From a candidate division WOR-3 bacterium (GTDB taxonomy: Bacteria > Hydrothermota > Tepidihabitantia > Tepidihabitantales > Tepidihabitantaceae), in contig CBFGJX010000007.1 in the NCBI GenBank assembly GCA_965649225.1, forward strand, positions 1 through 64,000: 64,000 nucleotides of DNA, written 5' to 3'. The position numbers and the translations under genes are program-made. This document shows positions 29,167 to 37,861 of this stretch, piece after piece (position 1 is the stretch's first letter; each line of letters begins with the position of its first letter). The notes under the pieces were generated by a model, which was given only the letters and a program-made list of their open reading frames with translations, had not been told where the DNA came from and did not search any database.

Positions 29167-30234
29167 ATGATACCAAGCAGGCGTTCCAAGGCTATTGGGC
29201 TCTTTTCAGGCGGCTTGGACAGCATCCTGGCGACAAAACTGATGACCGAGCAGGGCGTTACCGTGCTGGCGCTCCATTTCCGCAGTCCCTTTGAGGTTCC
29301 GGGCCGGGTTGTGTCCGAGGAGAGGCTGCAGAAGCTTGCCGGACTTGTCGGGGCAAGCCTGCTCGTTCTGGAACTGGGCGATGATTATCTGGACACCGTC
29401 CGCCGGCCCAAGCATGGCTATGTTCGGCAGATGGCCCCATGTGTTGACTGTGTCAGCTTCATGCTGGGACGGGCACGGGAGCTGGCCCGTGAGATTCGAG
29501 CCGACTTCATCTTCACCGGCGAGGTGGTCGGCCAGCGTGCCATTAGTCAGAACAAGCGGGCGCTGAAGGCAATCGAGAAAGTCAGCGGTGTCGAGGGCAG
29601 ACTGCTGCGGCCGCTATCGGCCAAACTCCTCGAACCGACGATTCCGGAGCTTACCGGACTGGTCCGGCGTGAGCGACTGCTCGACATCAAGGGTCGCGGG
29701 CGGCGCCGGCAGATGCGTCTGGCGCACGAATATGGTATCTTTGACTTTCCTATACCGGGCAGTGGTTGCATGCTGCTGGAGCGTGTCTTCGCGGCCCGGA
29801 CCCGGGATGCAGTCGCACACGATGAACTGACGCTTGGCTCGATTCCGTTGTTGCGAGTTGGCCGTCATTTCCGGCTGGAAAGCGGAGCAAAGATAGTCGT
29901 TGGGCGCAACGAAGGGGAGAATGCCGAGATTGAGCGACTGGCCCGGGCAGAGGACATATTGTGCCGGCCGGTTGCGGTGATGGGGCCGGTCGTGCTTTAC
30001 CGTACCAGCAAGCCGACAAAAAAGGACACCGAAATTGCCGCCCGGCTTTGTGCCCGTTATTCCGATGCGCCGCGGGGCAAGCCGGTCAAAATCCGCTGCG
30101 GTGACAAGGAGCTGTCGGTCCGTCCTTTCACCGACAGCGACATTGCCGGGTGGCGGGTTGGGCCGCTGGAAGCCAAAGCTGCCATGCCGGAGTCGACAGA
30201 GCAGAGCAAAAGCGAGGAAGAAAAAGGTGAATGA
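29167..30234 (+). CDS. PP-loop tRNA thiolation-type enzyme (ThiI/MnmA-like, DUF814-associated family)
   Basis: SGGLDS, PCVDC, TGEV.GQR..SQ, LLRPLSA, GC.L, GRHFR, VGRN..EN. Confidence 0.78.
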   Translation: MIPSRRSKAIGLFSGGLDSILATKLMTEQGVTVLALHFRSPFEVPGRVVSEERLQKLAGLVGASLLVLELGDDYLDTVRRPKHGYVRQMAPCVDCVSFMLGRARELAREIRADFIFTGEVVGQRAISQNKRALKAIEKVSGVEGRLLRPLSAKLLEPTIPELTGLVRRERLLDIKGRGRRRQMRLAHEYGIFDFPIPGSGCMLLERVFAARTRDAVAHDELTLGSIPLLRVGRHFRLESGAKIVVGRNEGENAEIERLARAEDILCRPVAVMGPVVLYRTSKPTKKDTEIAARLCARYSDAPRGKPVKIRCGDKELSVRPFTDSDIAGWRVGPLEAKAAMPESTEQSKSEEEKGE

Positions 30235-30463
30235 GTTAAAAGAGAAGGTCGAACGTCTGATTGCGGAACGGGTGCGGCCGAATCTGCAGAACGACGGCGG
30301 TGACATCGAACTGGTGGATGTAACGTCGGACGGCGTTGTGCAGGTGCGGCTGCAAGGCTCCTGCTCCGGCTGCCCGTTTTCAGCAATGACGCTGGCATTC
30401 GGGGTCGAGAAGGTGCTGAAGGAGAGCATCCCGGAAGTACAGAAGATTCAGCTGGTGCCTTGA
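30227..30463 (+). CDS. NifU/Nfu-like Fe-S carrier protein
   Basis: VRP.LQ.DGGDIELV, V.LQGSCSGCP. GTG start overlaps upstream stop. Confidence 0.9.
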   Translation: MNELKEKVERLIAERVRPNLQNDGGDIELVDVTSDGVVQVRLQGSCSGCPFSAMTLAFGVEKVLKESIPEVQKIQLVP

Positions 30464-30524
30464 AAGTTGGGTCAGCAGAAATCGAACGGCGGCCGGTGGG
30501 CCGCCGGTTCGTTCCAAGCGCGGT

Positions 30525-31040
30525 GTGAATCGATTGACAGCACTGGGCCGGAGCATCTTTCGCGTCCGTGGTATTCTGGGCGGGGCAGCAGCGGTGGCGA
30601 CAATCGTTCTGGGGCGGCCGACGCTGCATTCGGTTGCCGCCGGCATGCCGCTGGTACTGGGTGGACTCGTGCTCCGATTCTGGGCAATGGGCTACATCGG
30701 CGTCACGGCGCGTTCCGGGCGTATCGCTGCAACGGCACGAATCGTCAGCGGTCCCTACCGGGTCTTCCGGCATCCGCTTTACCTTGGCAACGGCCTGATT
30801 ACGGCCGGCGTCCTGCTGGCCCATCACGTCTTGCCGGTCTGGGCGCTGGCAGTGGCCGCAGGATTTGTCCTGACCTATGGTTTGATGATACTGACGGAAG
30901 AGCGGCAACTGGCCGGGTTGCCGGTTGTGCGGCCGGGTTTTGAGGTCAGTCGTGCCGTTGCCGACTGGTGGGCGTGGCTGGGCGGCAGTCTGATGCTGGC
31001 GTTAGCACTGGTGCGGGCGCTGGTCAGCGCCGCAGTATGA
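30525..31040 (+). CDS. Isoprenylcysteine carboxylmethyltransferase/PEMT family membrane protein
   Basis: LRFWA, GPYR.FRHPLYLG, EE..L. Confidence 0.82.
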   Translation: MNRLTALGRSIFRVRGILGGAAAVATIVLGRPTLHSVAAGMPLVLGGLVLRFWAMGYIGVTARSGRIAATARIVSGPYRVFRHPLYLGNGLITAGVLLAHHVLPVWALAVAAGFVLTYGLMILTEERQLAGLPVVRPGFEVSRAVADWWAWLGGSLMLALALVRALVSAAV

Positions 31041-32385
31041 TTGTGAACGGCGCTGTTGCCGACAGCCGGCGACCACCGGCCCGGTCGGTTACTTTGACGA
31101 CAAGCAGATACTGCCCGGGCCGCAGGTCCATGGTGTGGACGCGTTCGACAATTACCGCGGTTCGGTCGGTTCCACTGTAATTGCGTTCCGGCGTGGCGAT
31201 TACTGCCGCGCTGTTTTGCTCCTGGTCAATAATCTCGTAGGCCGCTGTCAGGTCGTAGCGGCCCGCTGAATCGCAGGCAAGGTTGTACACCTCGTAAAGC
31301 ACGTAGAAAGCACTGCCGGCAGTTATGCGCGGTGAAATCAGCGGCACCACCCGGCGCCAGCCGCCGCGTTCGAACTGAGGCAGCTGAAAGGTTGAGTCCA
31401 CCAGCGAGAAGAAGGCAATGTCAGAAACAGGCTGCTGGAAACGGCTGTACTCGATCAGGTTGAGTCGGGCGTCGGCGCTGCCTGCCCACAACCCGGAGGC
31501 AGCGACAACCCGGAGTGAAACCGCGTAGTCATCGGGCGGCAGCCGCAGGACTCGGCGGCCGACAACCGCTTCGTCATCGATTGCTGAGTCGTAAAACACC
31601 GGCAGCATCCATTCGGCAAAGCCGTGGTTCTTTCGGTCGGTGCCGCTGATCGCAACGCCGACATGCAGTGGTTCCCGTGGCGTGTCGCGTCGGGACCGCA
31701 ACCCGAAGTAAACCTCGACTGTCATCGATTCCCGGTGCTGGCCGAAGCGAGCCATACTCAGTTCGGCTTTCAGGTCGCCTGCGCCAGTAACAGGTTTTGG
31801 CGCCGGCCGACCGAGGTCAATCGGTTCAAGCGCGGGCGGGCGGGCGCTGGAGCCGAATCGCGACTCGCCGACCAGTCGGAACGCGGTGCCATAGCGGACA
31901 AAGTCGAACTGACGACCGATGTCGGGATAGGTCCAGATTTCGGCCTGTCGGGTAAAGACCACCGCAGTCTCGCCGGCTGAAGACCGGGGCTCGAAAACTT
32001 CGCGCCGGGGAGCGCCATGCTGGATATAGACCGGAATTCTTTCGTCCCCGGTCAAATCGAGCGTGCCAAAGAACCGGGCTGCGGTTACCGCACGTTCCAG
32101 ATAGACACTGCGGTCAACCCGGCGGCCCGGACTGGTGTTCGTCCAGCAAGCCCAGAACCAGTCGGCCAGCCGGGCGCGGTCTTCGGCGGTCGGCTGGTTC
32201 AGGTAGTCGGCCGCAGTCGGTGGTGCAAGAGAGCGGAGAACGAGATATTCGTACTGCTCAGCCCGGGAAAGCCGGTCGGCAGCCGAGAGCCTTTTGAACT
32301 GCGAGCAGCCGATGGATTCGGCCAGACTGATACCGAGTAGCATGATAGCGAAGGCCAATACCAGCCGGTCGGTTTTCCGGCTCAA
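31024..32385 (-). CDS. GWxTD-domain-like exported protein
   Basis: Signal peptide. FW...Y.ER...A..FF...D.R..VYI..G.P...EIW.Y resembles a degenerate GWxTD domain. Ig-like tail L.PG.Y.L.V.V.D. Confidence 0.6.
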   Translation of the reverse strand: MSRKTDRLVLAFAIMLLGISLAESIGCSQFKRLSAADRLSRAEQYEYLVLRSLAPPTAADYLNQPTAEDRARLADWFWACWTNTSPGRRVDRSVYLERAVTAARFFGTLDLTGDERIPVYIQHGAPRREVFEPRSSAGETAVVFTRQAEIWTYPDIGRQFDFVRYGTAFRLVGESRFGSSARPPALEPIDLGRPAPKPVTGAGDLKAELSMARFGQHRESMTVEVYFGLRSRRDTPREPLHVGVAISGTDRKNHGFAEWMLPVFYDSAIDDEAVVGRRVLRLPPDDYAVSLRVVAASGLWAGSADARLNLIEYSRFQQPVSDIAFFSLVDSTFQLPQFERGGWRRVVPLISPRITAGSAFYVLYEVYNLACDSAGRYDLTAAYEIIDQEQNSAAVIATPERNYSGTDRTAVIVERVHTMDLRPGQYLLVVKVTDRAGGRRLSATAPFTIILRR

Positions 32386-32418
32386 GTTGCGAAGCGATGG
32401 GTTGCGCGTAATCGTCGG

Positions 32419-34128
32419 CTAGCCAATCATCGGCAGGTCAACGCCGCGCTCACGAGCAATGATGCGGGCACGGTCATAGCCGGCGTCGGCATGGCGGGCG
32501 ATGCCGGTGCCCGGGTCATTGGTCAGTACCCGCCGGATGCGTTCATCCATCTCGGTCGAGCCGTCGCAGACCGTCACCTGCCCGGCGTGGATTGAATAAC
32601 CGATGCCGACTCCGCCGCCGTGGTGGATTGATACCCACGATGCACCCGAAGCAACGTTGAGCATGGCGTTGAGCAGCGGCCAGTCGGCAATTGCGTCCGA
32701 ACCGTCCAGCATCGCCTCGGTTTCGCGGTTGGGCGAAGCCACCGAGCCGCAGTCGAGATGGTCGCGGCCGAGCACTATCGGCGCCTTGATGCGGCCCTCC
32801 CGCACGGCCTTGTTGAAGGCAAGTCCGGCGAGGTGACGTTCGCCATAGCCCAGCCAGCAGATGCGGGCCGGCAGGCCCTGGAACGGTACCTGTTCCCCGG
32901 CCTTGCGAATCCAGTTTGCCAGCGCCTGGTTCTGGGGGAAAAGTTCAAGCATGATGCGGTCGGTTTCGGCGATGTCCGCCGGGTCGCCGGACAGTGCCGC
33001 CCAGCGGAATGGGCCCTTGCCCTCGCAGAACAGCGGCCGGATATAGGCCGGCACAAAGCCGGGATACTTCCAGCCGCCGTTTGGTCCGGGAGTGCGGATT
33101 TCTTCCTCTTTCAGGAAACCGCCTTCCAGTGCCTTGCCGCGCAGGTTGTTGCCGTAATCGAAAGTCACTGCGCCGCGTTCCTGAAGCTTGAGCATCAGTC
33201 GCACGTGCTCGGCCATCGTCCGGTACGCGGCACGACGGTAACTCTGCGGATCGCTGGCGCGCAGCTGCAGCGCCTCGGCGAAGGTCATGCCGTCCGGAAC
33301 GTAGCCGGCGAGCTCGTCGTGGGCGGATGTCTGGTCGGTCAGCAGGTCAGGCACGACTTCGCGCTCAACAAGTCGCCGCAACAGTGCGACGATATTACCA
33401 CACCAGACAATGCTTTTTGCGATTTTATGAGATTTCGCATCAAGTGCGGCGTCGATCGCCTTGTCGAGGTCGTCGATGCGCTCGTCGATGTAGCGGGGCT
33501 TCTGGGAGGCGAGGCGGCGGCTGATACGGCTGGGGTCAACCTCGGCTCCCAAATACGCCGCGCCGGCCATCACTGCGGCCAGCGGCTGGGCACCGGACAT
33601 CCCGCCCAGACCGCCTGATACCACCAGCCGACCGGAAAGGTCGGGTGAGCCGAAGTGTTTGACCCCGGCGGCGACAAAGGTTTCATGTGTGCCTTGCAGG
33701 ATTCCCTGAGTGCCGATGTAAATCCACGAACCGGCCGTCATCTGGCCGTACATTATCAGCCCGGCCGCTTCCAGTTCATCGAAATAGGGCTTGGTTGCCC
33801 AGTGGGGTACAAGGTTGGAATTGGCGATGAGTACGCGCGGGGCGTGTGCGAAAGTGCGGAATACCGCGACCGGCTTGCCGGACTGGACGAGCAGGGTCTC
33901 GTCGTTTTCCAGCCGCCTGAGCGTGCGGACGATCGCTTCATAGCATTCCCAGTTGCGTGCGGCCCGGCCCGTACCGCCATAGACGATGAGTTCGCGGGGG
34001 TTCTCGGCGACGGCTTCGTCGAGGTTGTTCATCAGCATCCGCATGGCGGCTTCCTGATGCCAGCCCTTGCAGGACAGGGTCGTGCCGGTCGGGGCCTTGA
34101 TTGGGGAGTAGCTGCGGTTCTCTTTCAT
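32419..34128 (-). CDS. hutU: Urocanate hydratase
   Basis: [67 protein letters not shown]. Confidence 0.97.
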   Translation of the reverse strand: MKENRSYSPIKAPTGTTLSCKGWHQEAAMRMLMNNLDEAVAENPRELIVYGGTGRAARNWECYEAIVRTLRRLENDETLLVQSGKPVAVFRTFAHAPRVLIANSNLVPHWATKPYFDELEAAGLIMYGQMTAGSWIYIGTQGILQGTHETFVAAGVKHFGSPDLSGRLVVSGGLGGMSGAQPLAAVMAGAAYLGAEVDPSRISRRLASQKPRYIDERIDDLDKAIDAALDAKSHKIAKSIVWCGNIVALLRRLVEREVVPDLLTDQTSAHDELAGYVPDGMTFAEALQLRASDPQSYRRAAYRTMAEHVRLMLKLQERGAVTFDYGNNLRGKALEGGFLKEEEIRTPGPNGGWKYPGFVPAYIRPLFCEGKGPFRWAALSGDPADIAETDRIMLELFPQNQALANWIRKAGEQVPFQGLPARICWLGYGERHLAGLAFNKAVREGRIKAPIVLGRDHLDCGSVASPNRETEAMLDGSDAIADWPLLNAMLNVASGASWVSIHHGGGVGIGYSIHAGQVTVCDGSTEMDERIRRVLTNDPGTGIARHADAGYDRARIIARERGVDLPMIG

Positions 34129-34143
34129 GATTGCCTCGACAGA

Positions 34144-34171
34144 ATGATAAGAGGCAGGGTGGTGCAGTCAA
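34144..34171 (-). promoter_or_regulatory. Promoter of hutU
   Basis: Minus strand: TTGACT-N16-TATCAT, short leader containing GAGG. Confidence 0.65.
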
Positions 34172-34257
34172 CCGGAGGGAGGTTAAAGGATGGAGTCTGG
34201 ATTGTGACAACAGTTGTCTTGTCGCTTGCTGCTGTTCGTACGGCCGGCCGCCGTGTC

Positions 34258-35739
34258 TTACCAGTCGCGTGAGCGAATCAGCATCCAGAGTCTCAAACTG
34301 GTCGGCGCGGCAGCGGTGTTTCCATCCACCGCCGCCCGCCTGCTGCCTTCGGCGCCAGCCACGTTCGAGTGTTCGCCCGTGCCGGGGACGAGACTTCCGC
34401 GCAGGTCGGGCGTCAGGATGCTGTCGCCGGACAGGGTTGTGAATCTGGCTTTACCGTCGCAAAGGACATAGCCCGCCGGCAGGGCCGTCGAATCACCGTA
34501 CCAGGCGATGATTGTTCCCGGTACGACGCTGCCCGGTCCGACATAGGCCCGGTTGGTGTAGAAGCCTCTTGAGCTGTGCATGTATGAGGTGTCAGTGAAG
34601 TTGCCGCGGGTGCTGCCAATCGCGGCCACGAACGACTTTGTGCCGCCATCGATGGATTCGGCCATCGCCACGACGCGGGTTGATTCGTACTGCCAGATGC
34701 CGGCGAAGCCGGCGCCCCGGTCAATGCCGGTGTCGCACCAGGCAAAGCCATGAAAGGCGCGGCGGACCGGATTGCCCGATACGCTTCGGCGGACGGTGTC
34801 AATGTTCTCGAAACCGTCCCAGTTCACAATTGATGCATGACCGCGCTTCTGATAGTCCATGAACCCGGCGGGTCCGTGAATCCGGAATCGCTCCAGAGTG
34901 TCGGCGGCGATTCGGTCATAGTACCAGAATGTCAGTATTTCGCCGGCCGGGCCGACCTGTCGGCCGATACGGACATCAGTCGTGCCTGTCGTTTCGGTCG
35001 GGTTGATGATATTGCCGAAGACACAGCCGGTTGATCGAAACACTCCGGCGAACGCAGTGTCTTCCACCCGGGCCTGCCGGGCGTAGAGGGTCTTGCTGGT
35101 GTCCGCCTGCCGGTTGTTGCGGAAGTTGGCACTGTCGTTGTAGGGATTCCCGCCGCCCGGGGAGGCAAGCGCATAGCCGGCGGTGTCGGCCTTGTAGGCA
35201 TAGGCGGCGCTGACTATGCGCATGCGCGGGGCCATCTCCGCCTCGCTACCGACCGCCATGCCGAGGTAGAGCGCGCCGCCGTCCGGTACGGTGGCAAGCG
35301 GGGTCACCGAGCCGAGCAGGACATAGAACAGGCCGCCGCGTACGGCAACGTTCTGCGTCTCGGTCCAGAACGGGCTGCCGCCGGTTGGCGTCGTGTAGAG
35401 GCTGAAGTTCAGTGAGTAGCTCCCGTTGGGTACGGCATTGCCGAGCGAGTCGGTGAGTCGGCCCTGGTATGAAATCATTCGCGGTATGGCCAGAGCCGCC
35501 GGCCACAATGATTCGGGTGCAGTCGCTGGGCCTGTCTGGGGCTTGGTGGCGCGATGGCCGCCGGCCATGCCCAGTGCGAGCAGACTGAACATGGCTGTGA
35601 CCGCCTTCAGCAAGCCGACTTTCAATGGTTTCCGAATCAGTCGAGTCTGTTTCTGTTGGCCAGACGCAGATTCGCAGACGGCTGGCAGGGGGATTGGTGA
35701 GGGCGAACGGCGTGGTGTTTCCTTTGTGTTGTATTCCAT
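34258..35739 (-). CDS. Tail-fibre-like surface protein with C-terminal phage tail collar-like domain (start uncertain)
   Basis: IP..ISYQGRLTD..G...F.LY....GG...W.ET N-terminal module. C-terminal PG.II.W.G....P.GY.LCDG...TPDLRG. Confidence 0.65.
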   Translation of the reverse strand: MEYNTKETPRRSPSPIPLPAVCESASGQQKQTRLIRKPLKVGLLKAVTAMFSLLALGMAGGHRATKPQTGPATAPESLWPAALAIPRMISYQGRLTDSLGNAVPNGSYSLNFSLYTTPTGGSPFWTETQNVAVRGGLFYVLLGSVTPLATVPDGGALYLGMAVGSEAEMAPRMRIVSAAYAYKADTAGYALASPGGGNPYNDSANFRNNRQADTSKTLYARQARVEDTAFAGVFRSTGCVFGNIINPTETTGTTDVRIGRQVGPAGEILTFWYYDRIAADTLERFRIHGPAGFMDYQKRGHASIVNWDGFENIDTVRRSVSGNPVRRAFHGFAWCDTGIDRGAGFAGIWQYESTRVVAMAESIDGGTKSFVAAIGSTRGNFTDTSYMHSSRGFYTNRAYVGPGSVVPGTIIAWYGDSTALPAGYVLCDGKARFTTLSGDSILTPDLRGSLVPGTGEHSNVAGAEGSRRAAVDGNTAAAPTSLRLWMLIRSRDW

Positions 35740-35746
35740 ATCGAGA

Positions 35747-35774
35747 AGAGTATGGGACGAGAAGAAACCGTCAA
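35747..35774 (-). promoter_or_regulatory. Promoter of tail-collar gene (leaderless candidate)
   Basis: Minus strand: TTGACG-N16-TACTCT-N7-ATG(35739). Confidence 0.55.
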
Positions 35775-35873
35775 GCAGAGGGGGCAGAAGGCAAAGATGA
35801 CGAAATGCCGGCGGCAGAATTGTGTTGTGGTTGTCGTCAGGTGGTGAGGACGCCGGTTGTCTTCGGAGAAGGC

Positions 35874-35901
35874 TTGACAAACCCAGCCAGCGGACTAGCA
35901 T
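35874..35901 (+). promoter_or_regulatory. Promoter of lipoprotein gene
   Basis: TTGACA-N16-TAGCAT. GAGGAGGT precedes GTG 35929. Confidence 0.65.
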
Positions 35902-35928
35902 CGGCCAAAAGTGAGGAGGTCTAGCATC

Positions 35929-36393
35929 GTGAGAGCTGTGACAATACTGACCGCAGTACTGCTCGTGTTTGTGATGGCCAGCCAGAGCGGCTGCAGGGGC
36001 TGCGGCGAACGGATCGCGGAAAAGACAGTGGAGAAGGCAATTGAAGGAGCTTCGGGCGGCAAGGTTAATGTCGATGCCGGCTCATCGGTTGATGTCTCTG
36101 GTCTGCCTGAGTTTCTGCGCTATCCCGGCGCCAAGGCCAAAGCGACCTGGTCGATGAAGAGCGACGAGGGCGAAGGTACGACCTATGCTTTTGAGACTGC
36201 CGACCCGCGGCCGACCGTGGTGGAGTTTTACAAGAAAGCTCTGGGAGGCTGGAAGAATCGTTCGACCCTTGAGAGCGAAGAGTCCGCAGTGCTGATGTTT
36301 GCCTCGGCCGACGAGAAGGAATTCGTGACAGTGACGATCGGCACCGAGGACAACAAGACGACGATCGCGATTCTGCTGGTCAAGAACAAGTAG
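35929..36393 (+). CDS. Putative lipoprotein
   Basis: Hydrophobic signal ending SGC/GC, LP....YPGA and V.EFYK..L.GW motifs. Confidence 0.7.
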   Translation: MRAVTILTAVLLVFVMASQSGCRGCGERIAEKTVEKAIEGASGGKVNVDAGSSVDVSGLPEFLRYPGAKAKATWSMKSDEGEGTTYAFETADPRPTVVEFYKKALGGWKNRSTLESEESAVLMFASADEKEFVTVTIGTEDNKTTIAILLVKNK

Positions 36394-36410
36394 CACCCAG
36401 ACAAAGCGAA

Positions 36411-36446
36411 GCGGGCGGGTGGCTGTGACACCCGCCCGCAGCTTTT
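36411..36446 (+). terminator. Rho-independent terminator
   Basis: gcgggcgggtg-N7-cacccgcccgc followed by agctttt. Confidence 0.75.
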
Positions 36447-36772
36447 CGTCGTAATTGTCCGAACTTGGCTGGAGTCGGGTTTTGCGGTCCAGACTAAACC
36501 GGCGCGGATGGATTTTTCAGTACCAGCAGTTTCTAACGCTTTGTCAGCGGTCCAGTTGCCGGGTTGGGTCGAAGCGACACTGGACTACCCCCCTCTCGTT
36601 CCCCTGGCGGCTGGTTGCGCACCGGCCGTCTCCACCGGTGACGGGATTTTCAAAAGGTACGGTCGACAGTCGGGGCGGAAAGACCGCGCCGATGCTGTAA
36701 AGGAAGCCGTGGGGAACTGGTCAAGGCCTGTGGGTGTCGGGGCTGGATCGTGACCGGGCGGCAGCTAACGGG

Positions 36773-37858
36773 TCAGCGGGGCATGGCGCGGGACATCGTC
36801 TCGCGCGCAATGGCAAGGCGCAGCGGGTCGGCCGAGTCGTCCGACCCGCGCGCACGGGCCAGCCACTGTTCAAGCGGCGGAATGGTGCCGCCGTGGATAC
36901 GTATCGACCGGTTGACGGCGTCAGCGAGGACGCGGCCGGCCTGAAGCTTGACCAGCATCGATTCGTATTCGGCCTTTTTGCCCTGAGCGAGATGCCAGGC
37001 GGCATGATATACTGCCCAGCGCAGGGCGTCGGTGTCGGCGGCGAGTTCAGCAAGCGCACGCTGAACCGAGCGGCGTTCGGCGATATTGCGGCCCATTGAG
37101 GTCCAGTCATGGGCGTACTGGGCAGTGACTTCGACCAGCCGGTCGCAGGTGCCAAGGATGTGGGCAGCACGGACGATGCGGGCAAGAGCATGCCAGCGGC
37201 GGCCGAGTCCGGCGGCCCTGCCCGGTTCACCAATGATGCGCTCGGACGGGACGCGGCAGTTGTCGAGTTGAAGCACGGTTCTGGTGCTGTCGGTTTTGAC
37301 CGTTACGCCCGGCTGCTCGCGATCGACCACAAAGCAGGTTGGACCGTCAGGAGCAAGGGCGAAAACCAGCAGGAAATCGAACTCGCTGCGGGAGAGCTCT
37401 TTCGTGCCGTTCAGGATCCAGCCGGAATCTGTTGGCGCCGCGATCGTTTTCATTTCCTCGGGTCGGGCGAATGGCTGTGGCTCGCGGAAGGCAACGGCGT
37501 AGTGTTTGTCGCCGGTAACGACCGGGGCGAGGTAGCTGTCCTTGAGTGCCGGACCCGCTTCGTAGAGTATCGGCGTCGGTTCGCCCCATTCAACCGGGAT
37601 GATCGTGGTGCCGAGTTCTTCGGCCAGACAGCAGGTTTCAACCGGTCCGAGTCCGCCGCCACCGAATTCTTCCGGTACGCCGGCCGAGAACATTCCCATT
37701 TCCTTCAGTGCCGCGGTGGCGTCGTCGGCAATTGTCCGCTGCACCGAAGAGTCTTTGGCGTTGAGGAAGTTTGGTTCTTTCGGAATGAGGTCGCGCCGGA
37801 CAAACTCATGAGCGGTCTGGCGGACCATTTCTGCATCTTCGCCGAACGTGAAGTCCAC
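36773..37858 (-). CDS. Acyl-CoA dehydrogenase-fold protein (degenerate motifs)
   Basis: MDFTF, VPEEFGGGG, LNGTK, CFVV...PGV, IGEPG, IHGG. Lacks TEP.AGSD and EGT.E. Confidence 0.82.
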   Translation of the reverse strand: MDFTFGEDAEMVRQTAHEFVRRDLIPKEPNFLNAKDSSVQRTIADDATAALKEMGMFSAGVPEEFGGGGLGPVETCCLAEELGTTIIPVEWGEPTPILYEAGPALKDSYLAPVVTGDKHYAVAFREPQPFARPEEMKTIAAPTDSGWILNGTKELSRSEFDFLLVFALAPDGPTCFVVDREQPGVTVKTDSTRTVLQLDNCRVPSERIIGEPGRAAGLGRRWHALARIVRAAHILGTCDRLVEVTAQYAHDWTSMGRNIAERRSVQRALAELAADTDALRWAVYHAAWHLAQGKKAEYESMLVKLQAGRVLADAVNRSIRIHGGTIPPLEQWLARARGSDDSADPLRLAIARETMSRAMPR

Positions 37859-37861
37859 GGT

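Noticed and set aside
34206..34218. Palindrome gacaac-a-gttgtc as a HutC operator
   Set aside because: It does not match the TGTA-N2-TACA HutC core, no hutC is present, and a 6-bp arm is expected by chance.
34258..35739. Prophage
   Set aside because: Only one tail-collar-like domain, with no other phage genes or att sites.
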